In this document: in pieces, positions 18,185-27,714 of the stretch
Layout: each line of letters starts with the position of its first letter
How positions within the stretch are numbered: position 1 is the stretch's first letter
Source: Methanobacteriota archaeon
Lineage (GTDB): Archaea; Thermoplasmatota; Thermoplasmata; SG8-5; DAIRED01
Assembly (NCBI GenBank): GCA_043799545.1
Contig: JAZDNO010000005.1
Span: 88,313 to 152,312 of the forward strand
Direction of reading: 5' to 3'
Length of the DNA stretch: 64,000 nucleotides
Notes under the pieces: model-generated
What the model saw: only the letters and a program-made list of their open reading frames with translations
Databases searched by the model: none
What the model was told of the DNA's origin: nothing
Position numbers and translations under genes: made by a program

Positions 18185-18202
18185 GTCATCCACCGCTTAG
18201 GG

Positions 18203-18354
18203 ACCTGGGCGCCCGTGAAGGCGCCCAGGTGGGTTATTCAGGCCATCTGGGGGCGAAGCCCCTGGATGACCTGTGACTAACGTTGCTTGCCAACGTTAGG
18301 CATGGTATCATGGTCATCGCGGTCTTCCGCTCACGAGCAGTGAATGCCCGTGGG
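18203..18354. ncRNA. Candidate structured RNA or ssDNA element (four consecutive hairpins)
   Basis: Stems at 18203-18230, 18239-18273, 18277-18299 and 18330-18354, found by manual base pairing; family not identified. Confidence 0.4.
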
Positions 18355-18357
18355 AGT

Positions 18358-19416
18358 TTAAAAAGGATTTGATGTGAACGAGTCGGCAAGTGCGATTCTG
18401 GTCACGCCCTCAGCGATCAAGCACCCAGTCGCCGCATCGACCGTGCTAGGGACTTTGATAATCCTATGCATGTCCAGGCAGCGGGTGCCTATCCGCTCGA
18501 ATGAGAAATCGTCGACGATAGCGCTGATTTCGTTCAGCGCTTCAGCGGTTGCCAGGTATTCAGCGGCGCTCACCTCTTTATCTAGGTGAAGGTGGAATCC
18601 CTTTGTACCGGAGAACAGAAGCCTCGCCACGGGGAATTCGCCGAGTGCCTTGTCTGCTTTAGAACGCGCGTTTTTGAAGCATTTCGAGCATACGCCATCC
18701 GCCCCGATTAGGTGCTCAGAATGGTCCTTGTCCGCATCGATGTCGAAGATTGCCAGCATTCGGTCCAATGGCCTGCCGCGCCCTCGCGCCTCCATCCTCG
18801 GGTCGAGCATCCTCGCCAGGCTGACGTAGCACTTGGCCACGTTCCCGGGCCGCCCCAGATCGAAGACCAGCTTGCTCGATGGGCTGTGCTTGGAATCCGA
18901 ATACCTTCTGGACTGGAAGCGGAAAGTGCCGTCGAGCGCCTGGAACCTGAAGTGGCGCATCTTGACGAAAGGCGCGAAAAAAGGAGGGAACCTGTAATTT
19001 TTATAGAACTCGTCCAGCGCCTTCATGTCCAGCCTGAAGGACGGCGCGAGAGGCGTCCTCGCGAGCGCAATGACCTGCGCGCCATGGGTCCCCTCGTAGT
19101 ACTCCAGCTCACCTTCATCGGCTAACGACGGGACGAAGCGGAACCTATGGCCTCCAGCGGCGACGTCCATCCCCCGCATCTTAGCATCATTTCCAGAGAT
19201 GGAGGCGAGAAGTGTGGCGGCGCGCCTCACGAGCAATTCTCTGGAAAATCGCGTCCGCCGGTTGTCCTGGTACACGACAAAATCATCGCCGCGCAGGAGT
19301 TCGTAGGGCCCCTTCAGGGGGCGCTTGGCATCAGCCCGGAGCTCTCCATTCATGCGGGCGAGGTCGTACTCGCCTATCGAATAAGTCCTTCTCTCCCTGA
19401 AATGAACGAGCTTCAA
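18358..19416 (-). CDS. Archaeo-eukaryotic primase (AEP/PriS-like) with N-terminal extension
   Basis: Motif I LAIFDID, motif II FSGTKGFHL, motif III DMHRIIKVP; His/Cys cluster HSEH...CSKC; TTG start with GGGGTG SD. Confidence 0.8.
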   Translation of the reverse strand: MKLVHFRERRTYSIGEYDLARMNGELRADAKRPLKGPYELLRGDDFVVYQDNRRTRFSRELLVRRAATLLASISGNDAKMRGMDVAAGGHRFRFVPSLADEGELEYYEGTHGAQVIALARTPLAPSFRLDMKALDEFYKNYRFPPFFAPFVKMRHFRFQALDGTFRFQSRRYSDSKHSPSSKLVFDLGRPGNVAKCYVSLARMLDPRMEARGRGRPLDRMLAIFDIDADKDHSEHLIGADGVCSKCFKNARSKADKALGEFPVARLLFSGTKGFHLHLDKEVSAAEYLATAEALNEISAIVDDFSFERIGTRCLDMHRIIKVPSTVDAATGCLIAEGVTRIALADSFTSNPF

Positions 19417-19454
19417 CGCACCCCGAGTCTCATGCGTGGATTTCTCTCTTTCGC

Positions 19455-20393
19455 TCAGGCGATAATCCTCGTCCCCGCCTTCCCCCGCACAGCCTCCACA
19501 AGGTTGTCGTGGCTGGCGATTATCGCTCGCCTCCCGCCGTTCTCTATGAATTCTATCGCCGCTTCTATTTTCGGACCCATCGAACCGGGCGGGAAATGGC
19601 CATCGGCGAGATGCCGCTTCGCATCAAGGACTGACAGCACATCGAGGTCGACCTGGTCCGGTTTGCCAAAGTTGACGGAGACCTTGTCCACCCCCGTCAG
19701 GATTATAAGCTCGTCGATGTCCAGCTGCTGCGCCAGCTTGGAAGATGCGTAGTCCTTGTCCACGACAGCCTCGACGCCGTCTAGCAGTCCGTTCTCGAGC
19801 TGTACTACCGGCAGTCCTCCTCCGCCGCAGGCAATGACAATCTTGCCCTTCTCCAGCAAATCCCTGATGGTGTCCCTCTCAACTATCCTGGTAGGCTTGG
19901 GCGAGGGGACCACGCGTCGCCATCCGCGGCCGCTGTCCTCCACAACCGTCCACTTCTCGGTCTTGGCGATATCCTCAATGTCCTGCTTCGAGAAGAACTG
20001 GCCGATGGGCTTTGTCGGATTGTCGAAAGACGGGTCGCTGCTGTCGACCACGACCTGGGTGATGATGGTCACCACGTCCTTGCGGATATTTGACTTCTTC
20101 AAGGCGTTCTGCATCGTCTGCTGGAGCATGTACCCCATGCTTCCGACGGTCTCGGCGACGCACACGCCCAGCGGGTACGGTGGAATTGTCTTCCTCGAAT
20201 TCTCGTGCCGCCTGATGGAATCGCCGACCTGCGGACCGTTGCCGTGCGTCAGAATGATGTCGTAGCCCATCTCCACGACCTTGATGAGCTTGGCACAGGT
20301 CTCGCGGGCGTTCGCGAACTGCTGGTAGATGTTACCTTCCTCGCCCTTTTTTATAAGCGCGTTCCCGCCTATTGCCACGACTGCCGTTTTCAT
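19455..20393 (-). CDS. arcC: Carbamate kinase
   Basis: AIGGNAL, THGNGPQVG, NPTKPIG, GWRRVVPSP, VDKD, GSMGPKI. Confidence 0.96.
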   Translation of the reverse strand: MKTAVVAIGGNALIKKGEEGNIYQQFANARETCAKLIKVVEMGYDIILTHGNGPQVGDSIRRHENSRKTIPPYPLGVCVAETVGSMGYMLQQTMQNALKKSNIRKDVVTIITQVVVDSSDPSFDNPTKPIGQFFSKQDIEDIAKTEKWTVVEDSGRGWRRVVPSPKPTRIVERDTIRDLLEKGKIVIACGGGGLPVVQLENGLLDGVEAVVDKDYASSKLAQQLDIDELIILTGVDKVSVNFGKPDQVDLDVLSVLDAKRHLADGHFPPGSMGPKIEAAIEFIENGGRRAIIASHDNLVEAVRGKAGTRIIA

Positions 20394-20509
20394 GCGACGC
20401 TCCGAAGGGAATGAGTGAACGGGTACTGATATATAATTGTTGCCAGAAACCGGATAGTTTATTATGGCAAAATCCGATGTGGATGCGCGCCAGGAAAGAG
20501 AGGGATAGG

Positions 20510-21142
20510 ATGCCGACAACGACGATAGACGACCTCACGAGCGACCACAGGCTGCAGGGCCATTGGTTGTCCCGATTCATAGCCGGGATAATCGACGGTT
20601 TGTTAACCGGGATGGTGGCTCTCGTCGGCTGCATCCCGCTCTTCATCATCGCCAACCTTGCTCTGGTGGGGTGGTTATCCGGCACGATTTTTCCCCTGGC
20701 ATGGGGTCTTGTGTACGTAGCCTACTCCTCTGTTATGGAGTCGTCGCGAGGCTCCACCCTAGGCAAGCGCATGATGAACCTTCGGGTGATGGCCATCGAC
20801 GGCGTCATGACCTTCGACAAGGCGCTCAAGCGCAACATCTCCAAGATATACTGGGTCGCGCTCCTCCTGGACCTGATAATCGGCTTCTTCACAGAGGGAG
20901 ACCCGAGGCAGAGGTATCTTGACCGCGTGGCAGGAACGACGGTTGTGTTCACGGAGCCTGCCCCAACTGTTCCGTACACCCCCCAGCCTCCGGCGCCACC
21001 GCAATACACACCCTCTCGGGAGGAGGCGCCTCCTGTGCCGCCGCCCGCCCCGGCGCCGTCCGAATGCGCAGCCTGCGGGGGAAGGTTGATTAATACGGGC
21101 GACAGCAGGCGCCAGTGCATCAGGTGCGGAAAAGTGTTATGA
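20510..21142 (+). CDS. RDD-family membrane protein with Pro-rich linker and C-terminal zinc ribbon
   Basis: SRFIAGIID, TLGKRMMNLRV, RQRYLDRVAGTTVV; CAAC...CIRC. Confidence 0.85.
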   Translation: MPTTTIDDLTSDHRLQGHWLSRFIAGIIDGLLTGMVALVGCIPLFIIANLALVGWLSGTIFPLAWGLVYVAYSSVMESSRGSTLGKRMMNLRVMAIDGVMTFDKALKRNISKIYWVALLLDLIIGFFTEGDPRQRYLDRVAGTTVVFTEPAPTVPYTPQPPAPPQYTPSREEAPPVPPPAPAPSECAACGGRLINTGDSRRQCIRCGKVL

Positions 21143-21174
21143 CTATCATTGACATGAGGGGCAAGGTGGAATAA

Positions 21175-21957
21175 ATGACAGGCATCGACGACATCGAGGT
21201 GACGAGGGCGATTGTGGAGCGGTTCAACCAGGAGTTCACAGACAGGCTCCATTCGGACGTGGTTGTAGCCGGGGCGGGGCCGTCGGGATTAGTAGCCGCC
21301 ATGAGGCTCGCCCAGGATGGGCACAAGGTCACGGTTTTCGAGCGCAAGCTCTCGCCTGGCGGTGGCATGTGGGGCGGAGGCATGACCTTTCCGGTCATAG
21401 TAGTCCAGAAAGAATCGAAGCGAATCCTGGATGAGGTGGGGGCCAAAAGCCAGAAGACTCCCCAAGGCTACTACACCGTTGATTCGATAGAGTCGGTTTG
21501 CAAGCTCTGCTCGTCGGCGATAGACGCCGGAGCGCGTATCTTCAACACCATCTCCATAGAGGACGTGATGATGAAAGGTGGCAAGCGGATAAACGGGGCC
21601 GTGATAAACTGGTCGGCCGTGGAAATTGCAGGCCTGCATGTAGACCCGTTGACCGTTGGAACCAAGGCAATAATAGACGCGACCGGCCACGCTGCCGAGG
21701 TTTGCAAGATAGTCCAGCGCAAGGCTGGCGTGCTGAACACGCCGTCGGGAGGAATTGAGGGCGAGCGCTCGATGTGGGCCGAGGCGGGCGAGAGGACCGT
21801 TGTGGAGAACACCAAAGAAGTTTTTCCAGGCCTTTTCGTCGCTGGGATGGCCGCGAATGCGGTATACGGCGCGCCGAGGATGGGGCCGATATTCGGAGGA
21901 ATGCTCCTGTCCGGGGAAAAAGTAGCCAGAATGGTCTCAAAATCTATCCGGAAATAA
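21175..21957 (+). CDS. thi4: Sulfide-dependent adenosine diphosphate thiazole synthase
   Basis: [19 protein letters not shown] (His form, not Cys), [19 protein letters not shown]. Confidence 0.93.
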   Translation: MTGIDDIEVTRAIVERFNQEFTDRLHSDVVVAGAGPSGLVAAMRLAQDGHKVTVFERKLSPGGGMWGGGMTFPVIVVQKESKRILDEVGAKSQKTPQGYYTVDSIESVCKLCSSAIDAGARIFNTISIEDVMMKGGKRINGAVINWSAVEIAGLHVDPLTVGTKAIIDATGHAAEVCKIVQRKAGVLNTPSGGIEGERSMWAEAGERTVVENTKEVFPGLFVAGMAANAVYGAPRMGPIFGGMLLSGEKVARMVSKSIRK

Positions 21958-22049
21958 ACATGGGGCAAATTGGGCAACCGAGTCAACCACAAAGCCCGGC
22001 CGCAGCACCAACCTAAAGGTTTATGTGCCCCCAGTACTATCAATGGCCG

Positions 22050-22382
22050 ATGGTGGACCCGGAAAAACTGCTCAAGGAGTACGCCTCCAAGCACATGGAC
22101 GAACCCTTCACGGCATCCCAGGTCAGGGGGGCGCTCAAGATTGGCGAGCCAGCCTTGCAGGCGCTACTTTGCGACATGGTGAAGAGCGGAGAGCTGGTGG
22201 GGCTTCAGTCCGGTAGGTTCCTTTACACGACCAACGCGGACGTCGCAGCCTTTCACATCATGCGCGAGATTGCGCCAAACATCACATTCCAGGAGTTCAT
22301 GCTCCATAGGGACGAACCGCACCTTCTGGCGCGCGCCTCGAGGGACCGCGATATCGTAAAGGACCCCCGAGGTGGGATTTGA
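22050..22382 (+). CDS. Hypothetical protein with N-terminal wHTH-like region
   Basis: FTASQVRGALKIGEPALQALLCDMVKSGEL; coupled to the next ORF (TTGA overlap). Confidence 0.65.
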   Translation: MVDPEKLLKEYASKHMDEPFTASQVRGALKIGEPALQALLCDMVKSGELVGLQSGRFLYTTNADVAAFHIMREIAPNITFQEFMLHRDEPHLLARASRDRDIVKDPRGGI

Positions 22383-22717
22383 CAATCCGCAGGGGTCCCC
22401 GGAAGCCATTCAAGAGCGGCGGAAGGGGTGGCGCGAGACGGGGGGGATACCCTCAGAAGAAGGTCCAATCCGTCAGGAAGCGCAGGCTCAATCTCAAGCG
22501 CATGACCGAGTTCAAGTGGGAGATAAACCAGCTGATGATGGACCTCCCTGAGAACCAGCGCGGCACAGTCAAAGGTTCTTTGATTGCCAAGGCCGACAAG
22601 CTGGACATCAATGCGGCGCTCGATTTCGTCCAGACGAAAATCGACGAAGGCGTGCTGAACAAGGAGATGGCGGACCGCATCGCCGACCTGCTTCTGAAGT
22701 TCTCCACATACCGCTGA
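22379..22717 (+). CDS. Hypothetical basic protein
   Basis: Arg/Gly-rich N-terminus, helical C-terminus, host-like codon usage. Confidence 0.7.
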   Translation: MTIRRGPRKPFKSGGRGGARRGGYPQKKVQSVRKRRLNLKRMTEFKWEINQLMMDLPENQRGTVKGSLIAKADKLDINAALDFVQTKIDEGVLNKEMADRIADLLLKFSTYR

Positions 22718-22752
22718 GAGAATTTATTAACGCCCAAAGCATTGGACTTATC

Positions 22753-23802
22753 GTGATTCAAGTATATGGCCCATGGCTATTCGACGGCGAAGAGTTCGTC
22801 GAGGGCGGAATTGCGGTCGAGGGCGGCGTCATCGTCGACGTCTGCGGCTCGCCGCCGGAGGACATCACCCGCCGAGGCATAGTTTTTCCAGCGCTGGTCA
22901 ACGCCCACACCCACATCGGCGACGCCTTCATAAGGCGCGTACCCAAGGGCTCTATAGAATCCATCGTCGCGCCGCCGGACGGATACAAATTCAAGATGCT
23001 GGCAAAGGCCTCGGAAAGGACAATCGTGAATGGCATCTACAAGGCCGCCACGGAGATGGCGGGAACAGGGACTGGGGCGTTCGTGGACTTCAGGGAGGGC
23101 GGCCTTTCGGGGGTCAGGGCTTTGCGCGAAGCGCTGAGCGGGCGGTCTCCAAAAGCCACGGTTCTTGGCCGACCGAAAGGGATGAACTACAATGAAGGCG
23201 AGGTCGCCTCAATCCTCAATGCCGCAGACGGCATAGGAATCTCCAGCGTCAGCGAATGGCGGAAGAGCGACCTCGAAGGAATGTCCTGCCAGGCCCGCAA
23301 GGCGCGCAAGCTGTTTGCGATTCATGCGAGCGAAAGGGTCCGTGAGCCTTTCGAACGGGTCGCAACGCTCGAACCGGATTTCGTCGTCCACATGCTCAAG
23401 GCCAGCCAAAAGGATTTGAAGGATTGCGCCAAAGCCGGAATTCCTGCCGTGGTTTGCCCGCGCAGCAACGCCTTCTTCGGGATGAAGCCATCCGTTCGGA
23501 AGATGCTCGACGCCGGGATAGACGTCGCACTGGGGACGGACAACGCGATGCTGGCAAGGCCCGACATGCTCGCTGAAGCGAGGTTCCTCGCCAGGACGCA
23601 GCGGGACCTCGGTCCGATCGAGATTGCGCGCATTGCGATTTCGGCCCCGAGGAAAGTTTTAAATCTGGAACCTGGGTTAAGGTTGAAGAGGGGAAATCCC
23701 GCCGAATTCGCAGTGCTGGCCGCGGGGCGGGGCGACCCGGCGAGGGCTTTTCTGGCGCCCGGAAAACTCCCGCTCATCGTGCGCGGCGCGAGTGTGAGGT
23801 GA
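22753..23802 (+). CDS. Metal-dependent amidohydrolase (deaminase-like)
   Basis: PALVNAHTHIGD, HASE, LGTDN motifs. Confidence 0.88.
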   Translation: MIQVYGPWLFDGEEFVEGGIAVEGGVIVDVCGSPPEDITRRGIVFPALVNAHTHIGDAFIRRVPKGSIESIVAPPDGYKFKMLAKASERTIVNGIYKAATEMAGTGTGAFVDFREGGLSGVRALREALSGRSPKATVLGRPKGMNYNEGEVASILNAADGIGISSVSEWRKSDLEGMSCQARKARKLFAIHASERVREPFERVATLEPDFVVHMLKASQKDLKDCAKAGIPAVVCPRSNAFFGMKPSVRKMLDAGIDVALGTDNAMLARPDMLAEARFLARTQRDLGPIEIARIAISAPRKVLNLEPGLRLKRGNPAEFAVLAAGRGDPARAFLAPGKLPLIVRGASVR

Positions 23803-23806
23803 GAAC

Positions 23807-25501
23807 GTGGAGGAGAACAAGCTGATGGCGCTGGCCAAGCGCAGGGGTTTTTTCTACCCGGCATTCGAGATATACGGCGGCGTGGCCGGGATGTACGACT
23901 ACGGGCCTCTCGGCGCCTTGCTGAAGCGGAACGTTGCCGACCACTGGCGCAGCCTCTACATCCTGGGCGAGGGTTGCGGCGAGATAGATTCTCCGAACGT
24001 CTCGCCTGAGGCGGTATTCGTGGCATCCGGCCACGTGGCAGAATTCTCCGACTTCGGGGTCCAGTGCGACGGGTGCAAGGAATCCTTCAGAGCCGACCAT
24101 CTGCTAGAAGGCCTGGTGCCGAACCCGGATTCGCTCGATGCGGAGGCACTTTTCGCAGGGCTCCGCGCGCACGGTGTGAAATGCCCCTCCTGCGGGGGAT
24201 CGCTCGGCGAACCGCAGTCGTTCAACCTAATGTTCCAGACAAAAATCGGACCTGGAGATGGAAGGGCTGGCTACCTAAGGCCCGAGACGGCCCAGGCGAT
24301 GTTCTTCAATTTCGGGACGCTCTACCGCCACTTCAGAGAGGCGCTGCCGTTCGGAGTCGTGCAGGTTGGCAAGGGTTTCAGGAACGAGATATCCCCCAGG
24401 CAGGGCATGATACGCCTGCGCGAGTTCAATATGATGGAGGCGGAGATATTTGTCAGACCAGATGACAAATCATGGCCCCGCTTCGACGACGTAAAGGGCG
24501 ACGTTCTCCGCCTGGTCCCCCAAAGCGGCCAAGAGATTTCAGTCACCGCAGCGGAAGCCGCTGAGAGGGGGGTAATCAAGAACGAGGCATTGACATACTT
24601 CGTCGCCCTGACGAGGCGATTCCTTCTGGACGTAGGCGTGGACGACAAGCGCCTCAGGTTCAGGCAGCACCTCAGCGAAGAGATGGCTCACTACGCCTCC
24701 GATTGCTGGGACGCCGAAATCGAGCTCTCCATCGGTTGGACCGAGGCGGTCGGCATTGCAGACCGGGGCAGCTACGACCTGGAGCAGCACATAAAGCATT
24801 CCGGCGCCGACCTGAGGGCGTTCGAGCGCTTCGACCAGCCCGTCGAGACCGAGCGCGATTCGCTCGTTCCGGTCTCCGCAAAGCTCGGTCCGCTTTTTAA
24901 AAAGCGCGCGGCCGAGGTCAAGGAGGCGCTCGCAACGGCAGAGCCATCGGCTATCCAGCCTGACGGCTCGGCAAGACTGAACCTCGGCGGAGACGCAGTC
25001 ACGGTTCCGGCGGACTGCTTCGAGCTCAAGGGGGTCAAGGAGAAGGTCCACGGCCGCAGGTTCGTGCCGCACGTCATCGAGCCGTCATATGGCCTGGACC
25101 GCATCCTGTATTCTGTGCTGGAGCACGCATTCTTCGAGAAGGACGATTACGCAGTGTTGAGGCTGAAGGCGAAGGTTGCGCCTGTGAAGTTCGGTGTCTT
25201 TCCCCTGATGACCAGGGACGGTCTCGATGCGGAGGCTAGAAAAATCGACGCCACGCTGCGCGCGCAGGGCATGGTCACGTATTACGACGACGGCGGCTCG
25301 ATCGGGCGCCGCTACGCGAGGATGGACGAAATCGGGACGCCGTTCTGCATTACATTCGATTACGATTCTTTCCAGGACAAGGCCGTCACCATCCGGGACA
25401 GGGACTCGCAGAAGCAGGCCAGGGTCCCCATAGTTTCTCTGGGCCGGGTTGCGCAGGACCTCCTAGAAAGGGGGCCGGACACCCTACATGGCTGGAAATG
25501 A
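23807..25501 (+). CDS. glyS: Glycine--tRNA ligase (alpha2 type)
   Basis: YDYGPLG, LRPETAQ, FRNEISPRQGMIRLREF, IEPSYG, SIGRRYARMDEIGTP. Confidence 0.97.
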   Translation: MEENKLMALAKRRGFFYPAFEIYGGVAGMYDYGPLGALLKRNVADHWRSLYILGEGCGEIDSPNVSPEAVFVASGHVAEFSDFGVQCDGCKESFRADHLLEGLVPNPDSLDAEALFAGLRAHGVKCPSCGGSLGEPQSFNLMFQTKIGPGDGRAGYLRPETAQAMFFNFGTLYRHFREALPFGVVQVGKGFRNEISPRQGMIRLREFNMMEAEIFVRPDDKSWPRFDDVKGDVLRLVPQSGQEISVTAAEAAERGVIKNEALTYFVALTRRFLLDVGVDDKRLRFRQHLSEEMAHYASDCWDAEIELSIGWTEAVGIADRGSYDLEQHIKHSGADLRAFERFDQPVETERDSLVPVSAKLGPLFKKRAAEVKEALATAEPSAIQPDGSARLNLGGDAVTVPADCFELKGVKEKVHGRRFVPHVIEPSYGLDRILYSVLEHAFFEKDDYAVLRLKAKVAPVKFGVFPLMTRDGLDAEARKIDATLRAQGMVTYYDDGGSIGRRYARMDEIGTPFCITFDYDSFQDKAVTIRDRDSQKQARVPIVSLGRVAQDLLERGPDTLHGWK

Positions 25502-26261
25502 ATCCGTAGAAGATTATCCGTACCGGGCGGAAGCGCACAGGATGGGTATCGCCATTTCCAAGGCGTGCGAGACGGCAACGGGTGGTCGCGATAAAGTCGC
25601 CGTGGCATTTTCCGGCGGGCTCGACAGCGCCCTTCTGGCGTTCATATGCGCGAATCACACCGAAGTTAAGCTCTATGTCGCCGGAAAGCCCGGATGCCAC
25701 GATTTCAGGGCCGCGGAGAGCGCGGCGCGGGCGCTCTCCCTACCGCTTGCCAGGATTGAAATCGAACGGGGCGGTTTGCAGGCCGTCGCCGAGCGGGTCG
25801 CTTCGGCGGTTGATAATCCCGCCCCAATCGAAATCGCCGTCGCGGTGCCTCTCGCATACGTTTGCGGCGCGGCGGTCGAAAGCGCGGTCGTGACCGGGAC
25901 AGGCGCGGACGAGCTTTTCGGCGGGTATGCAAGGTATTCAAGGATGCCCTCCGGGGAGCGGCTCGGCGCCATGCGGTGTGATTACGGAAGATTAAAGGTT
26001 CGAGGGGTCGCGACAGAGGCTAATCTTGCTTCGTCGTATGGGAAAGTGGCGATCCAGCCTTACATGGACCCGGTGGTGGAGCTAGCATTTCGGGAGGTCG
26101 GCATCGGCGCCCATTTCTGGAACGGCCGCCCGAAGGCGTTGCTCAGGTACGCGGCGGTTTCCTGCGGGCTACCGATGGAGCTGGCCATGCGTCCGAAGAA
26201 GGCCGCGCAATACGGCAGCGGAGTGGCACGGATGCTGTCCAAGGCGCGCGGCAATTCATGA
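25488..26261 (+). CDS. Asparagine synthase C-terminal (synthetase) domain protein, no glutaminase domain
   Basis: AFSGGLDS, TGTGADELFGGY, K.LLR, RPKKAAQYGSG. Confidence 0.88.
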   Translation: MAGNESVEDYPYRAEAHRMGIAISKACETATGGRDKVAVAFSGGLDSALLAFICANHTEVKLYVAGKPGCHDFRAAESAARALSLPLARIEIERGGLQAVAERVASAVDNPAPIEIAVAVPLAYVCGAAVESAVVTGTGADELFGGYARYSRMPSGERLGAMRCDYGRLKVRGVATEANLASSYGKVAIQPYMDPVVELAFREVGIGAHFWNGRPKALLRYAAVSCGLPMELAMRPKKAAQYGSGVARMLSKARGNS

Positions 26262-26325
26262 TGATTCTCTCATGCGGAAAGAATATTAAAGAGCGAGACG
26301 TTATCTTGAACACAAGGAATTGGCC

Positions 26326-27141
26326 ATGGAATTGAAGCGGATAAAGCGCAAGGCCCTTCTTCTCGGGGACGGGGCCGTTGGGAAGACCAGCCTAATTCGC
26401 AAGTTCGTCACTGACAAGTTCGATGACAAGTACATCACCACCATCGGCACGAAGATAACCAAGAAGGAGATGGCCTTCAAGGAGCTGAACGTTGAGCTGA
26501 CTCTGATGATGTGGGACGTTCTAGGCCAGAAAGGGTACACTTCGATCCAGTCATCCAGCTACCGCGGGGCGGAGGGGGCGATAATGGTGTGCGACCTGAC
26601 ACGCGCTGAGACCTTGCGCAGCCTGGAAGAGTACTGGATGCCGGAACTCGCGAAGGTCGTCGGCGACGTTCCGCTGGTATTCGTGGGGAACAAGGTCGAC
26701 CTAATCGAGCAGAGGCAGGTCGAGGAGGACGAACTGGCTGCCTTCGCTGGACGCCATTCGGCACCGTTTTACATGAGCAGCGCCCGCACGGGCGAACGCG
26801 TCGAGGACCTCTTCAAAAAGCTCGGCGAACTTGTTCTAGCTGACAGGATGGATGTGAGCGTCGAGGGTGGAGACATAAAGGAAATAAAGACAATTGTGGA
26901 CGCCACGGATTTCGTGATAATGGATTTCTGCAAGTCTTACGCCGACCAGGAGACAGCCATGGCCATCGTCCGAACCCAGTTCGCGAAGGCGGAACTGGAC
27001 GTCAAGGCTCCGACCAGGCAGGGCTTGCTGAAGGCTATCGATTTGCTGGCGGAAGCGGAAAAAGGGTTCAAGGACGAGCCCGCCATTTTTCAGAACCGCA
27101 TGCGCCGCAGACAGACCGTAGACCACGCAGGGGGCCATTGA
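26326..27141 (+). CDS. Rab-like small GTPase with C-terminal helical extension
   Basis: GDGAVGKTS, TIG, WDVLGQ, NKVD, SAR. Confidence 0.9.
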   Translation: MELKRIKRKALLLGDGAVGKTSLIRKFVTDKFDDKYITTIGTKITKKEMAFKELNVELTLMMWDVLGQKGYTSIQSSSYRGAEGAIMVCDLTRAETLRSLEEYWMPELAKVVGDVPLVFVGNKVDLIEQRQVEEDELAAFAGRHSAPFYMSSARTGERVEDLFKKLGELVLADRMDVSVEGGDIKEIKTIVDATDFVIMDFCKSYADQETAMAIVRTQFAKAELDVKAPTRQGLLKAIDLLAEAEKGFKDEPAIFQNRMRRRQTVDHAGGH

Positions 27142-27684
27142 ATGACAGGCAGGAAGATAATGAAGAAGATTTGCCTTCTGGGCGACGGCGCCGTCGGGAA
27201 GACCACGCTCATCAAGAAGTTCGTGTACGACAAGTTCGACGACAAATACATCATGACCTTCGGGACAAAGGTGACGAAGAAGGGCGTGTGTCTGACCACC
27301 GGCGGTGTCGATTTCGACCTCACCATGATGATTTGGGACATCCTCGGCCAGCGCGTTCACGATGCCCTCCACGCGACATATTACCAGGGCGCCGCTGGGG
27401 CGCTGCTGGTCTGCGACGTGACGCGCCGCGAGACCCTGGCAGGGCTTGAGGAGTGGGCCCGTGTGTTCAGGGGCGTCTGCCCCGAGGCGCCGATAATATT
27501 CCTCGGGAACAAGTCCGACCTGAAGGAGCAGATCCAGGTGACCGAGGCGGACCTGGGCGCGCTGGCGTCCAAATATGGCACAATACATTTCATGACGAGC
27601 GCAAAGACGGGCGACCACGTCGAGGAGTCGTTCCTGCGGCTCGGCAACCTGATTGCCGAGAGCATGCTCCGAAGGGAGGTGTAG
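27142..27684 (+). CDS. Rab-like small GTPase (G domain only)
   Basis: GDGAVGKTT, TFG, WDILGQ, NKSD, SAK; 180 aa. Confidence 0.9.
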   Translation: MTGRKIMKKICLLGDGAVGKTTLIKKFVYDKFDDKYIMTFGTKVTKKGVCLTTGGVDFDLTMMIWDILGQRVHDALHATYYQGAAGALLVCDVTRRETLAGLEEWARVFRGVCPEAPIIFLGNKSDLKEQIQVTEADLGALASKYGTIHFMTSAKTGDHVEESFLRLGNLIAESMLRREV

Positions 27685-27714
27685 GAGCTGCCGGACCAGA
27701 TAAGCTTCTTCGTT

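Noticed and set aside
18203-19416. Retron-like system (structured ncRNA plus polymerase)
   Set aside because: The enzyme has AEP motifs, not the RT YxDD motif, and no long a1/a2 inverted repeats flank the hairpins.
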